Source of the DNA: the human T2T-CHM13v2.0 reference genome, Homo sapiens
Strand: one strand, 5' to 3'
Assembly: GCF_009914755.1 (NCBI RefSeq)
Contig: NC_060938.1
Length of the DNA: 64,000 nt
Shown here: piece by piece, positions 31,102 to 45,410 of the stretch
Layout: each line of letters opens with the position of its first letter
Numbering within the stretch: the first letter of the stretch is position 1
Program-made: the position numbers and the translations under genes
The notes under the pieces: generated by a model
What the model was told of the DNA's origin: nothing
Seen by the model: only the letters and a program-made list of their open reading frames with translations
Databases searched by the model: none

Positions 31102-32008
31102 GTCATTTTGTATATACATGTCAGTATCTTCAAATAGACTGTACGTTCCTCTAGAGCAAAGGCTGAATTTTACTCAGTATGCCTTCTGCCCAGCAGAGTG
31201 CCAGCACATGGGAGTATTTACTCAACAACTGTTTACTGAGTGACTGAGTGAAGAATTTTCAGATTAAATAGTTGAACAGAGACAAAATGAATGATACCAA
31301 AGAGAAAATGTGGTTCTTTTTTCTGTTCAGAGAGACCAGCTGTTAGGAGATGTGCTACAATGAACTTCAGACCTCCTCATGTCAGCCCTGACCCCGACAC
31401 ACTTGAGCAGTGCTTCCTCCGTGGTAGGGTAGGAGGCCATGTGCCCCCTCCCACCACAGTAGGCAGCAAACAATCAGCATCCTCTCTGGGCTGATGGGAG
31501 GGAGTGGCCTGGAGTTTAAACACCCCACCAGTCCCTACAGATGATGAAACTGTTCAAGTACACCAAAGCAGAAAACTGATGCTGCGCGCCCCAGCCACTG
31601 ATCTGCAGTCGCACAATTACCTGACTCTAGGCCATATTTTCCCAATTTGTTGAGAACTATATCATGTGGGAAAGAATTAAAAGGTTTACTAAGGTCAATA
31701 CAAACATAATTTATTGCTTCCCCTCAGTCAACCAAGCTCATCTACTTAGGTCTGTGACTAGTTAGCTAAGTTGGTTATAGCACTGTCTGCTCAGGGGCAA
31801 GGTCAAGGTATCAATTTACAAAATTGGTTACTTTCCCTCTGTGGCACAGTTACAGACTACTGCCCTATTAATTCAGCATTATTTTGGTCCCAGGAGGAAC
31901 CTGTAGAAAAAAATCTGTATAGAAAAGCAACACAAGTCAAGGACACTGGTGGAAAATGGCCTCAGCGTCCAGGCTGAGTGCAGCAGGTCAGGAACTTCTG
32001 AAGGGATC

Positions 32009-32400
32009 TGTCTTAATCGGTTTGGGCTGCTGTAACAGAATACCATGGCCTGGGTGGCTTAAATAACAGCCATTTATTTCTCACAGTTCAGGAGGCTGGC
32101 AAGTCCAAGACCAAGGCACTTGGCAGATCCAGTATCTGGAATGGGCACTCTTCCTGGTTGGCTGATGACCATCTTCTCATTGTATCCACACATGGCCAAT
32201 AGCAAAGAGAGAAAGGAAGCTCTAGTCTCTGCCTTTCCTTATAAGGACACTAATCCCATCATGGGAGCTGTCATGACCTCATCTAAACCAAATTATCTCC
32301 CAAAGGCCCTACCTCCTCATACCACCCCATTGGAGAGTGGGGCTCCAACATATGAATTTGTAGGGAGTAGGGAGGGATAAACATGCAGTTCATGATAGGA
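32009..32400 (-). mobile_element. MLT1A/MST-type MaLR LTR
   Basis: MaLR motifs as above. Confidence 0.75.
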
Positions 32401-33283
32401 CCCAATTCACAGTCTTTAAGGACTAATTCAAATTTTGCTTGCCCTAGCAAAGCTTAAATTTAAGACAATTTCTGATAAACCTGAAAATTCCCACATATTA
32501 AAGTTAAATTGGCAGGCAGATTAATTCACTTTTTAAAAAATACACTTATTTTACTTAGGCATCTCATCAGTCCACCCTAAATTCTTCAGAATGTTTGTTT
32601 CACACTTTCTGGTGACTTCACCTAATTCTTCTTTGACCCTAGGGTGTTAATCATCAGAATGCATAGACTTGAATATTGCCAGATCAATGATCTAAACCTA
32701 CACAAGTTCCTCTCTGTGCGGGTTCAGTTTTCTGTCCTCCTATCGTATTTATTATCTATTCTGGTTTCCATTTCACACTGACCAAATGTAAAAATCTAAG
32801 ATTGAAAACAAATAGCCTGTTATCTACTACAAACTAGCTCTTCTCATCAAATTGAAGGTTTCAGTTTCTCTTCTTGGTTTGATCATTTTTTTCCTTGGGC
32901 TCTTCTAATTTTATACCTAACACAACCACAGTCTTCATAGGCATCTTTGGTTACCTGGCCTAATTCCCCACTTTGCAGCATTCCAGTGATAGTAGTCAAA
33001 AACATTCTTTAATTTTATAAATTGTAAATACTAGAACTTGCCATTCAATATGAAATAATTCAATAAAATGAGTTTTCCAGTATTCTTTGACTCTGTCCAG
33101 ATCAGTCACTTTGTAAATGGATGATATAAGATTCTCTGTAACGTCTTCTTACTTCCATAGTTTAACAAATAAGCTAGAGTTTTATAATGAAAATACAATA
33201 TAAAGAACAGAATAATTTGCACACCCGAAAAAAGAAGTGTAAAGAGCTGTCAAGTAATGTAAATCAAATGTAAGCAGAATTGA

Positions 33284-33633
<350 letters not shown>

Positions 33634-36600
33634 AGAATGTTTCTTTACGTTTTAGGTCTGCTGCTAGATGTGTTTAGCCTAACGAAAATGCTTATGAATG
33701 AACAAACCACTGAGTTAGGCCTCTGTTACAAGAAAATTAGTGTAATATTAAGTATATTCTAAACATCTCCTGAAATTACAAAGAAAGGGCCATTCTCAAA
33801 TATTAAAAAACTATTATTCTAAATTAAATAGGATGATGCTACCTTGTTTGCCAAGTAATACTCATTAGAACACCGGGAACACTGCTCAACAGCTAAAAAC
33901 TGTGTTAATCCTATGTCCTACACAACACCTAGAACACAAGTTGACAAGCAAGAAAAGTATGTATCAGCTAAAAATTTATTCTCAAGCTATGTTACACTTA
34001 AAAGTACAAATAACCTACTAAATAAAAATGTTTCTGTATCATATGTCATGTAGGTAAGCCACTGGTATTATGAATATTGTGTGCACTTTAACTTTGCAGC
34101 TCTAATCATATTTCATTTCTGCCTTCAGTGTTCAAACAATCTTTTTTTAAGACAGCACACAAAGTATTATCTAGCTAGCTAGCTATTACATTAAAATTAT
34201 AAACAAATTGCAATTGATAGCACTTAACATATTTTTATATTATAATTTAATTTTTAAGCCAAGAAGAAAAATAATATTTGAGTAGTTCAAATATTCATTT
34301 CTAGCCACTATATTTCTTTATACTGGGGAATAAATTATTCCTGGACTGTAAGCTACTATATTTTACAGAGATTATATTTGCTTACTATGCATACTGTAAA
34401 TAAGCTATAAGTGAACTGGACAATTAATTATATTTGTTCCTTGATGAGAATGATGATGATGATGTTTGACATACATTAAGCCAAGTCAAATCTCAATTCT
34501 TCAAGTTTATATGTTGGCAAACTATCTACCCTACTTCAGATAGAGCTGACTCATAGGTAAGAAATTTATGCAAAACTTTCAAAGGAATTAAAATCAGTGT
34601 TTACTTTACAATGATAATATTTCTGCCCAACCAGCTCTGATTTTTAGTTTAAGATAACATCATTTCCCGAACACTTTAACACATTACCTTCACACAGTGC
34701 TTTTCTCCCATGAATCTTGTTATTCATAAACATTAATTAATTCTCATTATCCTTATGACACCTACTTCCCAGTACAAACTTTTAGGCTAGGCTGGGTGGT
34801 GCATCGGACGCTGTGGATGCTATAATTACATAACAGTTCTCCTTTGACCAGTGCTCATCCACGTACGTCACGTACACACCAATGGATCCTTGTACTGCAG
34901 ATCAGACAGCTTCGTCTGCAAATACTAAGATGAGCACTTTGGCATTCATTCCTTACCAGAACAGGACCACAGTGTCTTCCCTAAATATGTGGCCAGTCTC
35001 TTGCCCCTTAGCTAATCCTAGAGTGGCCAGGTATGAGAAAGTTTTTGCTGTTGAAAGTTTTCAACAGCAGGTGTTTGTTAACCTTTGAAACCAACAGAAC
35101 AAAGCTAATAAATTCAAGGTTGTAAGAACAAATGTCTTCCATGTAATTTATGCCAAAGCACCCTACTTAATGTAAATACTTCATAGTACATAGTAACCTT
35201 CTGCTTCTCATAGGACTTACAATAAAGTGAATTAGGTGAGAAATAAGAATGCCTTTGAAACCACAGGTCCAGACTCACATCGAAAGGCTGAATAGGAGAA
35301 GCTTTGCCACCTTTATTTCAGGATATTTAAGTCTTTTCTCTGTTTCCTCAGACAAATTAAAACATGTACAGAACCAGTTTTCCCTCCACAGTGCAAGCAA
35401 GTTCCAATCTCTTTTCTTTTGTCAACTTTTTGATGTTACAGAGAAAATATTGCAACAAAAATATGAAATGAAATGTAATTTGCTTTATTGCAAATTAAAT
35501 TTGTCTAGCTATGATTAGTGTAAGTGTGCATGTTTTACGTTGGTGTCATTGAAGAGCACATATTTTGTGTTTTACTCTTTTCATTTAATATGGTATGATA
35601 AACACAAGTCCAGATATTGATGTAATTTACACTATTGTCATTTTTAATAGTCTAGAATGATTGTTTCCAATCTTTTGCTATTATAACCAATGTTTATATC
35701 AATCTATTTAAAAAAACTACCATTTTCCTCTTCAGATTATTTCTGTGAGGTGTATTTTCCAAAATGTCAAAGAGCATAAGCAATTTTATAGCTCTTATTT
35801 CAGCTTACTTGTATTCTCCAAAAAACAAATTGAATCATTTACAGAAACATCAGCAATTGATGGATGTAATTACATGAGCTGCTTAGAATAACCTTTGAGT
35901 TGCAATGTAAACTTTAAGTTGGATGAATTTGCATTGTAACTGCTAGTGACATTATGCATTTTTCAAGTAAGAATTTAAAATTTGTGTTTTCTTTTGCATA
36001 ACATAGTATTTCTCAAAACGTGGTCTGTGTAATACTTTCTCTCCCTCCCCCTCTCCCTCACCCCTACTCCATCTCTATCCCTTTCTCTATCTCTTAAAAT
36101 CTCTCTGAATAAAATTATATTGCATTCATTTTATGTGGCAAGCACTTCAGTTAGAGACAGGATGTTCTAATAAAGAGAAGAGGGGCAAGGTCCCACCCCT
36201 CATGGAGCTTTCATTGCAGTGAGGAGATGCTACACATACATACACATACATGTACCCATACACAGAGAGAAAATTTCATAGAACGTTCCATGAAGAAAAC
36301 AGTACAGAGGCATGCGGGTGAGCATGCTGGATGGAGGAGTCGTTTTAGAATAGCACATCAGAGAAGGCCTCACTGGGGAGGAGACATTTGAGCTGAAAAC
36401 TGAATAACAAGAAGGCCAGCCTGTGAAGATCTTGCAGAAGAACCTTGCAGGCAGAGGGGACAGCAGACAGAAGAACATCCAAGGCAAGAATGAATGAATG
36501 TACATGGTGGTTAAAGAACAGAAAGAAGGCCGGTATGGCTGGAATGTAGTTAACAAGGAAAGAAGAAGTATCAAGTGCCATCGGAGAGAATAGGCCAGGG

Positions 36601-36892
36601 CCAACTGTGCATTGGCCTTGCACGGTTGGGAATGTGAGGGACAAAAAGGAGTACTGAGGTTAGGTAAGTTGAAGCATCACTGGGTTGGTGAAAGCCAGGC
36701 AGGTTTCTTACTATGGGATTTCTCGAAAACTTTAAAATATAATGCTCATTGTAAATTTTCAAGTCAGTAATACAGATCACAGCATTTTCCAAATACATTT
36801 CATCATGACATCCTTTTTTTCAGAAACGAGCTCTTGAGACTGTTGTTTCAAGGAAAATGCGTTGGGTTACACAGGTCAAAAACAAAAACAAG

Positions 36893-37220
36893 CAAGGGCT
36901 GGTAACCTATAGCTTTCAGGCCAAATCCAGCCTACCACCTGTGTTTTACCATCTGTGAACTAAGAATAGTTTTACATTTTTAAACAGTCTTTAAAAATCA
37001 AAAGAATATTTCACAGCAAGCAAAAATTATATGAAGTTCAAGTTTCCGTGTCCATAAAGTTTTACTGGGACGCAGCCACATGCATTTGTTTACTACTCTC
37101 TATGACCAGTTTTGTGCTAGGACTGGTAGAGTTGAGTAGTTGCCACAGAGGCCTATGATCCATAAGGCCTAAAATATGGACTATCTGGCCCCTTATGGAA
37201 AAAGTTTGCCAACATCTGGT
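36893..37220. mobile_element. MER58-like hAT DNA transposon remnant
   Basis: 'ggccaaatccagcc' start and 'tatctggccc..aaaagtttgccaac' end. Confidence 0.75.
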
Positions 37221-38084
37221 CTAGAGCATCTGTTGTTACTTTAACTGTAAATCTTCATATGACCTGGGATTATAGCCATAATTTATACATTTTATAGTAA
37301 ATATTTATCAAGTACTCATCATGTTTCATACTCTGGTTTTTGCTTTTTACATTTGTTTTTATTACATTTTGCTATAATTTTTTTTAAAATTCTACTTATC
37401 AAACCTAGTTTCTTTAAACTTCTGATAACACCCTCAATTTCATAAGTAGTCTGAATGTGTGTGTTTATTTGATAGATTTGGATACTAGGCAATTCAATTT
37501 TCCCATACTTAAAAATAGAGCTTCCTATACTTAAAAATATGATTAGCTCTTTAATATGTTTAGACATTTCTGAAGTTTAGTGTAACATACACATCTATAT
37601 TAAATCACTTTTGCATGCTATCTATTTACCAAGTATCATTTCTTAGTAATTCTTATAAGCCTGTCTTGCTCCTAGTGTGTCAGATGTTAAATTCTAATCG
37701 TATTTTAAATATATTTCTGAACTATCTGCTTATCCACTGATCTATTTTTTTAATGATAACCTAATAACAAAGACTTTTAAAAATTGTCATTTTGTACACA
37801 TCTGCCAAGACAAGGAGACTATTGTTACCTTAAAATTTGGGGACATATTCTTCCCCATTTGTTGGTCCATGTGACTATCTTTCAAGTTCCATTAAATATG
37901 TTTAAAGAAATTTTAGTTAGTGTTGCATTAAATTAACCTAGGAAGCATTTTCTTCTCATTATAATATAATTTTCCCACCAATGGCCAGATTTTTGTCTAT
38001 GTACATATCCATATCTTTAAAACAAAACAAAACAAAACAAAAAACTTTCCCAGCATTATAACACAGAGATAGAATGAGTTCTTT

Positions 38085-38370
38085 TTTAAAAAATTTTGTG
38101 GGTACATAGTAGACATATATATTTATGGGGTACATGAGATGTCTTGACACAGGCATGCAATGCATAATAATCATGTCACAGAAAATGAGGTATCCATCCC
38201 CCTAGGCACTTATCCCTTATGTTACAAAAATCCAATTACACCCTTTTAGTTATTTTTAAATGTACAATTATTATTGCCTATAGTCGTCCCGTTGTGCTTT
38301 CAAATACTAGGTCTTATTCATTCTTTCTAATTAATTTGTTTGTACTTATTAACATCTCTCATTCTCCTCC
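38085..38370 (-). mobile_element. L1MA-type 3'UTR fragment
   Basis: 'tatatttatggggtacatgagat..acaggcatgcaatgcataataatca' motif. Confidence 0.75.
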
Positions 38371-41300
38371 ATGGAATGAATTCTTTATAAATGCATGTTT
38401 ATGTTAGTAAAAACTTCGCTATTTAAAATTCTGTTAGGGGAGATAAATTCTGTCAAAATTCTATATTTAATTATAGATATACAACCTAAATACATTTTCA
38501 CTGTAAACTATTCTAGGGAAAACAGAAGACCCCTCCTGATTCTCCCCTACCCCATCACATACCGAACACAGAGCCCTGCTTCTCCTAGAGAAGCCTAGAA
38601 ACTTTGTCAATGGGCTGAATAACGCAGAATAGACCACAGACCATTTTGTTTTGCTTGCTGTTCCCATCCGCCAACATTTTCCTAAATTTACTTTTCTTCG
38701 GGTCACTATGACTTGTTATATAACATTAGTGATCTTAGGGAGATATAGCTAGAATTATATTCTCCCACAAATGCTCAAAATGTAAGGTTATCTTCCAGCA
38801 GCTAAACTTTTGTATTTTTACAATTGCCCCTTCTTATCAATAGGGCTTATTAAACGTCCAGTTTCTTCCCTCAGATCCCTGTGACTAATCTCCCAATTTG
38901 GAAAGAATAGACACTTAAAAGTAACTACCAGTTGATTCCATGCTAATTAGGACCCCGGATTGTTCAATCTTCTAGAATGCTGAAAAGTCCCCTTTATTTA
39001 CAGTGTTGGGTCTCTAAGGTGGAGCATATTTGGTTAAAATAAATTATGAGCTAGTTCTTGAGAATTGCTAAGTGACAAGCAAATAAACAATAACCTACAC
39101 ACAGTGTAGGCCCTCAGAGACTGTGATTTAAGTGCATAGATGAGTTTGGGTGGAATAAGCAGGACAGCCAAGTGGGAAACATAATACCAAGGTAAATGTG
39201 TATAATTCCCATGCAAAGTGTCACGAATCTATTAAAAAGCACCTCCCTGATTTATTAAAAATAAAAAGTGATGCCTGTAAAGGGGAAGAGGGATGTTGGT
39301 GGAGTCTGCTGTTTGCTTTTCTGGAGTCTTCACCTGCAAGTCTACACTAACTTGCCAAAACAAACAATGTTAGCAAAACTGTCCTCTCAGCAGCTATATA
39401 CTAAATCCTACAACTCTTCTATCCGGAAAACCTGGTCAATTTCAAGATAGATAATGAGCAAAATAGTCTGACGTTTTGGGGTTTAGGGGAGGGGAAAGGT
39501 TGATCAAACCCACTTACCACATTGCTGAGTTTTGAAAGACGTGGGAAAAGTGACTTTCCTTGTTAACAATCCCCCACCCCCTCCCTCGAGCTAAATGGAA
39601 TGCTTTGCTATGCAAATAACAAGTCTGATCTCAGAGGAAGTAAAAGACTCAGGATAGTAAAAGGAACTCACCTTTTGGAGGTAAATTAACTCTTCTAAGG
39701 CACCATTGAACAAATTACTTCTCCATGCTCTAAAAATTCTCTTAGTGCCCTAAAACCTCAAAATCGCCTGAGATTAATTTGCTCCTTCGAGGGTCAGGCC
39801 TCATAAAGAGTGAGTCCCACTGGAAAAACATCTTTTGTCTGCCCTTGTTAAGGTACACAAAAGAAGCATGTGGAAATCACTCAGCAACTCGACATTTGTG
39901 GCTGACCCCAACCAACTGGAATCTGAAGGTTGAAAGTGTCAAGGTCAGTCTGAACCTAGTAACCTAGCTGTTTGAATAGGTTTCAATTTGGTAATTACTG
40001 TATTTAGATAATTCTGCCTCCCTTTCCCACTACCCTTCATTACCAAGAAAACCAGTGCAAAAAATCAAAGCATGAAAATGAGAGACGCACATTGAGTCAA
40101 ATAGGAAATTGCTCAACTCAGTGGCTTCTGAGTGCATGAGACAGAGACCTTTTAAGCATGTCCTTCCTTCCCCAGGTTGCAACTGACTTTCTCCAGGGAA
40201 GGAATATATTCCCAAGTTGATCAAATCGTGTGGATGCAAGTCTTCCAATGTGCTCAGTCAACAAAAATGTCTGAGCCTGGGATGTCAGGTAACCCACTTT
40301 TCAGAATACTTAAATCACACAAAGGAGCATTCTGTTTAGTACTGGGACCACAATGCTTAAGCTGAGCCTTAAGAAGTCAGTAAGAATCTTAATAAGATTT
40401 GGACATGATGCCCACAGCCCTGATACTATGTCCAGGCAGCTTAAAATTGCTTGAGGTTAAACATTTAAGTTTTATACCCAGCCAACTTTCTCACAAAGGA
40501 GTGGAGGTGATCCACACTGACATATGTATAAACCATACATTTAGGATTTAACATATGTTAAGGTTACAATATTAATCCGAAATTAAGAAAAACAGAACAC
40601 AAACGCTATAGGAAAACATAAACATATGAACAAAGACTAGAAGAAAACAAAAACCTAAGTAGTTGTTTTAGGAGGATGGGATTGTAAGTAAACTCGCTTT
40701 CTCAAAAAGGAATCTGAATGTCATTTTACTACATTTTAGAAACAATAGAAGGAAAAAGTTGTGTATATCCAGCTGGAAGGAAACATTGCAATTGGACATT
40801 AAATGCTTGGGTCTGAGCTTTCTGGAGCTAAGTTAACACTTTGGGTTATGTAGCTTTTACTGACCAATCAAAGAAGGTGTATAAGTCAGTTCTCAAAAGA
40901 TAGACATTTTTCTACATTTGAATTATAAATGAATTCAGGGAACATTGGGTGTAGCCTTAACCATACCACCCCTCATCTCTTTCTCTCTTGTAAGGTCCAT
41001 ATCTTTGGCCTCTTTGCCTAGGTCCTACCTCAGAAACAAACTGCTTTGAAAACCAAATGACAAGGATTAAAAGATTAAATCAGCATGAAGCTTGAGTTGA
41101 ACACAGTTGTACATTTTCTTAACCCAATCATGGACAACTATATGCAGGATGGAATCACTTGCTGGTACCTTAGGGAGAGAGAAATAATTACAGGACTAAA
41201 CTATTGAGTCTAGCCAATTAAAATCTCAATCAGTGTGCTTTAGACTGTTTAGAGAATTATCTGCTGATGAGGGCTTCAGTTAATAAAACTGGAAAAAACA

Positions 41301-42339
41301 TATTGCTAAAGTAACAGTAATGAAATTTTGCAAAACTAGAATCTACTTGCACCAGGCTACCAGGTTCCAGGATTTGGGGTAGGGAACTTTGTAGTCATTT
41401 AAAAATATTTTTGCTAGAAATCAAGCTATAAAAAGTTAAAAGATCAATGAGATCTTTTCTTTAGAAAATGTGGCAAAACTGACTGAAAGCTGGACTTCAG
41501 AAATTCTCATTAGTAACACAACGCAGCAAATTATTCTTCCATCTTGTCTTCTTTTCCTCAAATTTCACATTTTTGAGGTAAACATTTTGGAATCCGACAG
41601 TATTTTCTGAATTGTTTGTTCTGAACAGCATACTATAACTTTTATATTTTCACTTAGTTTATAAAGAATATTTTGAAGAGCGAGCGAAAGCAGAAACAAC
41701 TGGAACTTGCTGCAGTTAATGCTTTAAATAAAGTGACTTATGAATGGTAATTTCAAATGGCTTCCAAGCTGAAAAAAAATTTTAGATTTTTTTCTAGAAT
41801 TGACTCAAAGTTGCACACCTTGAACTTTTGACTCCTTTTTCAAAATAATTTCTGTGTGTTTTTTTTTTAACATTAGAGCAATTTGACATTTTTCCTAAAA
41901 TCAGCCACTTTTCTCCACTGGTGAGCATTGCAGTTCTGTTTATTTATTCTGCCATTAGGTGCTAAATGCATAGGGAAATGAGATCCTTGCAATCCCACCT
42001 AGACCACATTTCTAACCACTCTGAATTTAATTTCCAGTTATAGTTTTCAGAATTGTGCTAGTTTGTATCACAAGGTAAGCCTGAATAACTTTGCATCAAT
42101 TCTAATTTGGCAGTCCACCAGTTATCCTAAATTCCCCTAGGGAATACTAATAACCTTCTGATTCCCAGGTAATGTAAGGTCACCAACGTTGCATTTGCAT
42201 TATTCTTTTCCTTTTCAAAAGAGAGTATGTGAATAGTTTGTAAAATTGGTTTTGTGTTGAAGCAAAAGTATCTTTGATGACAAATAGTTCGGAGACCTGG
42301 GCCTGGGATAAGCTTTATGCTCCTGGCTCACCTTTGGAG

Positions 42340-43330
42340 AGGGAGTGGGGGCGGGCACGGTGAGTCCCCGGTCCAGAGGCCCTGCGGAGGTCAGCTGAGG
42401 TGCTGTCATTATGTATCATGGCTTGGCATCTCATTTCTGAAAGCAATCGTCCAGCTCCACTCTTGCACACCCGTGGCCTCTCCCGTTCACCTCCGTCCCC
42501 CGACTGTTGGCGAGCGGGGCCCTGGCTGCAGTTCAGCTGGGACCCAGGGCTCTCCGTGTCCCCAAGGGGCCCAAGACAGCGGCTCAGCCTTCAGGGCCAG
42601 TCTGCAGGTCCGACCCTCACCCAGCGGGCCTGTTTCCCACTCGCCCACGTCCCCGCTCCCATTGAGTCACCCCCATATGCAGGCCCACTGTGAGCTCGGA
42701 GGCAGGAGAGCCTCGCTCCCTAATTCCCGCTCTCTGCCCCCTACAGAAAACCCCTAAAGGTCTCGACCCCTCTTAAGCCCCTCCACCCCGGGGAGCCTTC
42801 CCCTGCAGACTCCACGCTTCTGCGCGGCCTTTTGACCCCATTTCGCATGAAATCTGCCGAGCGACCGCCCCAAGGACCAGCGAGCGCTAATCAGATCCGT
42901 CTGTGTCTGCAGAGCTTCACCTGAGGCCTGGGTCCCCGAGGGCGGATGAGCGGGCCGGCTCTCGGGCCCGGGCTGGGGGACCCGCAGTCCGCGGTCGGCG
43001 GGGATGGGGAGGGGTGGCCGCCTGCCGCGCGGCTCCCGCGGGCCGTCGCCAGGTGCACGGTCCCCCTGGTCCCCCGCAGGGAGGACGCCCCCTGGTGCCC
43101 CCGCCGCCGCCGGGCCTGGCAGCTCCAGAGCGGGCGGGAGGCGGGGTCGGCGGGGCTGGATCTTGACGCCAGTCCAAGGCCGGGTGACTATTGGGGTCTG
43201 CCCGCGCCGCGGACGCGCCGAGCCCTCTCAGTGTGGCGCTGCCCGGCGGCGAGGGGGGTGTGGAACGAAGCACGGTCAAGACAGAAAACAAAGTCAGCAG
43301 GTCACCTGGCAGGTTCTGGGCGAATTATGC
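42340..43330. promoter_or_regulatory. CpG island ~3 kb downstream of the BMP4 3' end
   Basis: Sharp GC/CpG-rich block (core ~42810-43280) within AT-rich flanks; not Alu-derived. Confidence 0.8.
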
Positions 43331-44654
43331 AACGAAAGCAGGGGAATGTTTGATGCGTCCCACTCCACACCCCCCCAACCTTTTTTTTTTTTTTTTAAGC
43401 TCCTAGGAAGCCGGTTCCAGTTTAAGGGTTGGGTAGGGATCGACCAAGCAGCTCCTCTGATGTGGTTACGACTTTGCCGAACTCCTCAAGGGCGAGCTTC
43501 CCTCCCCATCTTTCTTTCAGTAATAGGAACATTACTCTGGAGAAAAAAAAAAAAAAAAAACATGAATGGGGTGAAATGGTAGGCTTGATCCAAAAGCAAC
43601 GCCGAGAATCACCCTACGACTTCCGTCAGGTACTGAACTGAATATTAGGCAAAAATAGTAAATGCCGAAACCTAAATCACACACATCCAATTTTTTTTAT
43701 TTTTTTTTTAATCTCCCCGGGTCTCAGGACTAAGCTTTCAAACAGAATTTAAAGAGTTAACGCTGGCCATAGCTCTTTGTTTTCCATGCTAACATTTGTG
43801 GCATTAGGACTATTTTGTTAACTAGGTATATGCAATTCACAGAATTTCACGGTAAATTCCCCAGACCAAATATTTGGCTGAACAAATAAACAACATTATC
43901 CATTCCTGAAAATAAGCCAGTAGGAGCGGGGAGGATGGAGGAAGGGGCTGGTTGCTAGAACTGGACAGCCACAGGGCTCAGTACTGGCCCTAGGATAATT
44001 TGTTCAAGTACTGGAGATCTACTGGTTCCTTTTCAATGACATCGACGTTTCAGAAAGTTGCTAGAAATTGGGCAAAACAAAATGAGGCTGCCTGAGGGCA
44101 ATCTATAAGGGGCTTCCCTAAATGATTTATTTGAGCTCCATACCATTAATCAAAGGGGCAGCGACCTGGGGGGTTGGAGGGGTGGGGGAAGGATCCCTTT
44201 TTGCGGGGAGTTTTGGAGGAACTGTGTAGTCTTGCTGCCTTTGCCTGAGGCTCTGATGTCTTCTCTCCACCTGCGCTCTCCGGGGAGCTGGGGTTTTGGC
44301 AACCACCCCGCTTCAATTTTTATTGGTTTCCACTAAGCTGCTCCTTTTGGAGGAGTGTAGGACTTCAGTAATTAAAAACAAAAATTAATCCTGCTTCACC
44401 CACTCCACTCCCAGGAGCGTATGTAAGAAAGTGTGTACAAGAATGCAAGGGTGCACACCCCACCTAGAAAAATGCAAACGCCAGGAGTGTGCACCACACA
44501 CATTCTTTGGGTGCACACACCACCAGCAACAGCAATACTACCGCTCATATCTACACCTTCATGATGGAGAAATGCGCTATCAGCCTTCCCCACAGAGAAC
44601 ATACAAAGACACTAAATGTTTCTGCTCCAAAGGGATCCAAAGGGATCTTGGTCT

Positions 44655-44712
44655 GTGCTGGCTCACTTCATATGTGTGAATTTTCTCAGCACACATATGA
44701 AATGAGCCAGCA
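44655..44712 (-). ncRNA. MIR5580: miRNA hairpin MIR5580 (5p UGCUGGCUCAUUUCAUAUGUGU; 3p CACAUAUGAAGUGAGCCAGCAC)
   Basis: 34-bp near-perfect stem 44645-44678/44690-44723 with an 11-nt loop; arm sequences and position match my recollection of MIR5580. Confidence 0.85.
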
Positions 44713-45280
44713 CAGACCAAGATTCAAGGCTTAATTTAGTTGTTGGTGGCAAGTAAGAAAAAGCAAAGGCCTCTCCTCTGCTCCTCTTAATCCCTACACC
44801 CGTCATTCCAGAAAGGCATTTATCTGCCTGCTGGGAGCCCTTAACTGAGGGTACATTAGCATCCTCCTTTTTATTAACTTTGTCCAAAAATTGAGCTTTT
44901 CCCTTTAAGAAACCCTAGCACAGAACATCAGATCTACCTCTTTCTGCCCAAGTCCAGGGAAGAGGGTGTGAGGGAGGCAGTACAGAGCGAAAAGGAGAGT
45001 TGACATTTGACTCGAGATTTCTGTATAATAGTGGGACACCTTCACAGTGCCTGCTTAGAAATTCTGACCCTTTAGTATCTGACCCCATTGTCAACCCCCA
45101 CCCAGCCCAATCTGTTGGGATCCTAAACTTGATGAAGGCCTTCACATTGGGAAAAGAGGACAAGGGAAAAAGTCAAGAAACAATGGGAAATTCTATCAAG
45201 TGGCATATTAAAACAGTAGTCATCAAACTTTTTGAAGGTAGGGTACATTATTTGTTACAAAAAAAAAAAAAAGACAAAAT

Positions 45281-45410
45281 AGCAGTGCATGCCTGTAATC
45301 CCAAAGAGGCCGAAATGAGAAGATTGCTTGAGCCCAGGAGTTCAAGACCAGCCTGGGGCAACAAAGAGAGAACTTGTTTCAAAAAAAAAAAGACAAAAGA
45401 AAAAACAAAA
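45281..45410 (+). mobile_element. FLAM / Alu monomer
   Basis: Single arm with an A-tail. Confidence 0.8.

Noticed and set aside
42317-43582. Overlapping 100-190 aa Pro/Gly/Arg-rich ORFs
   Set aside because: Expected from stop-codon scarcity in GC-rich DNA; no recognisable domain
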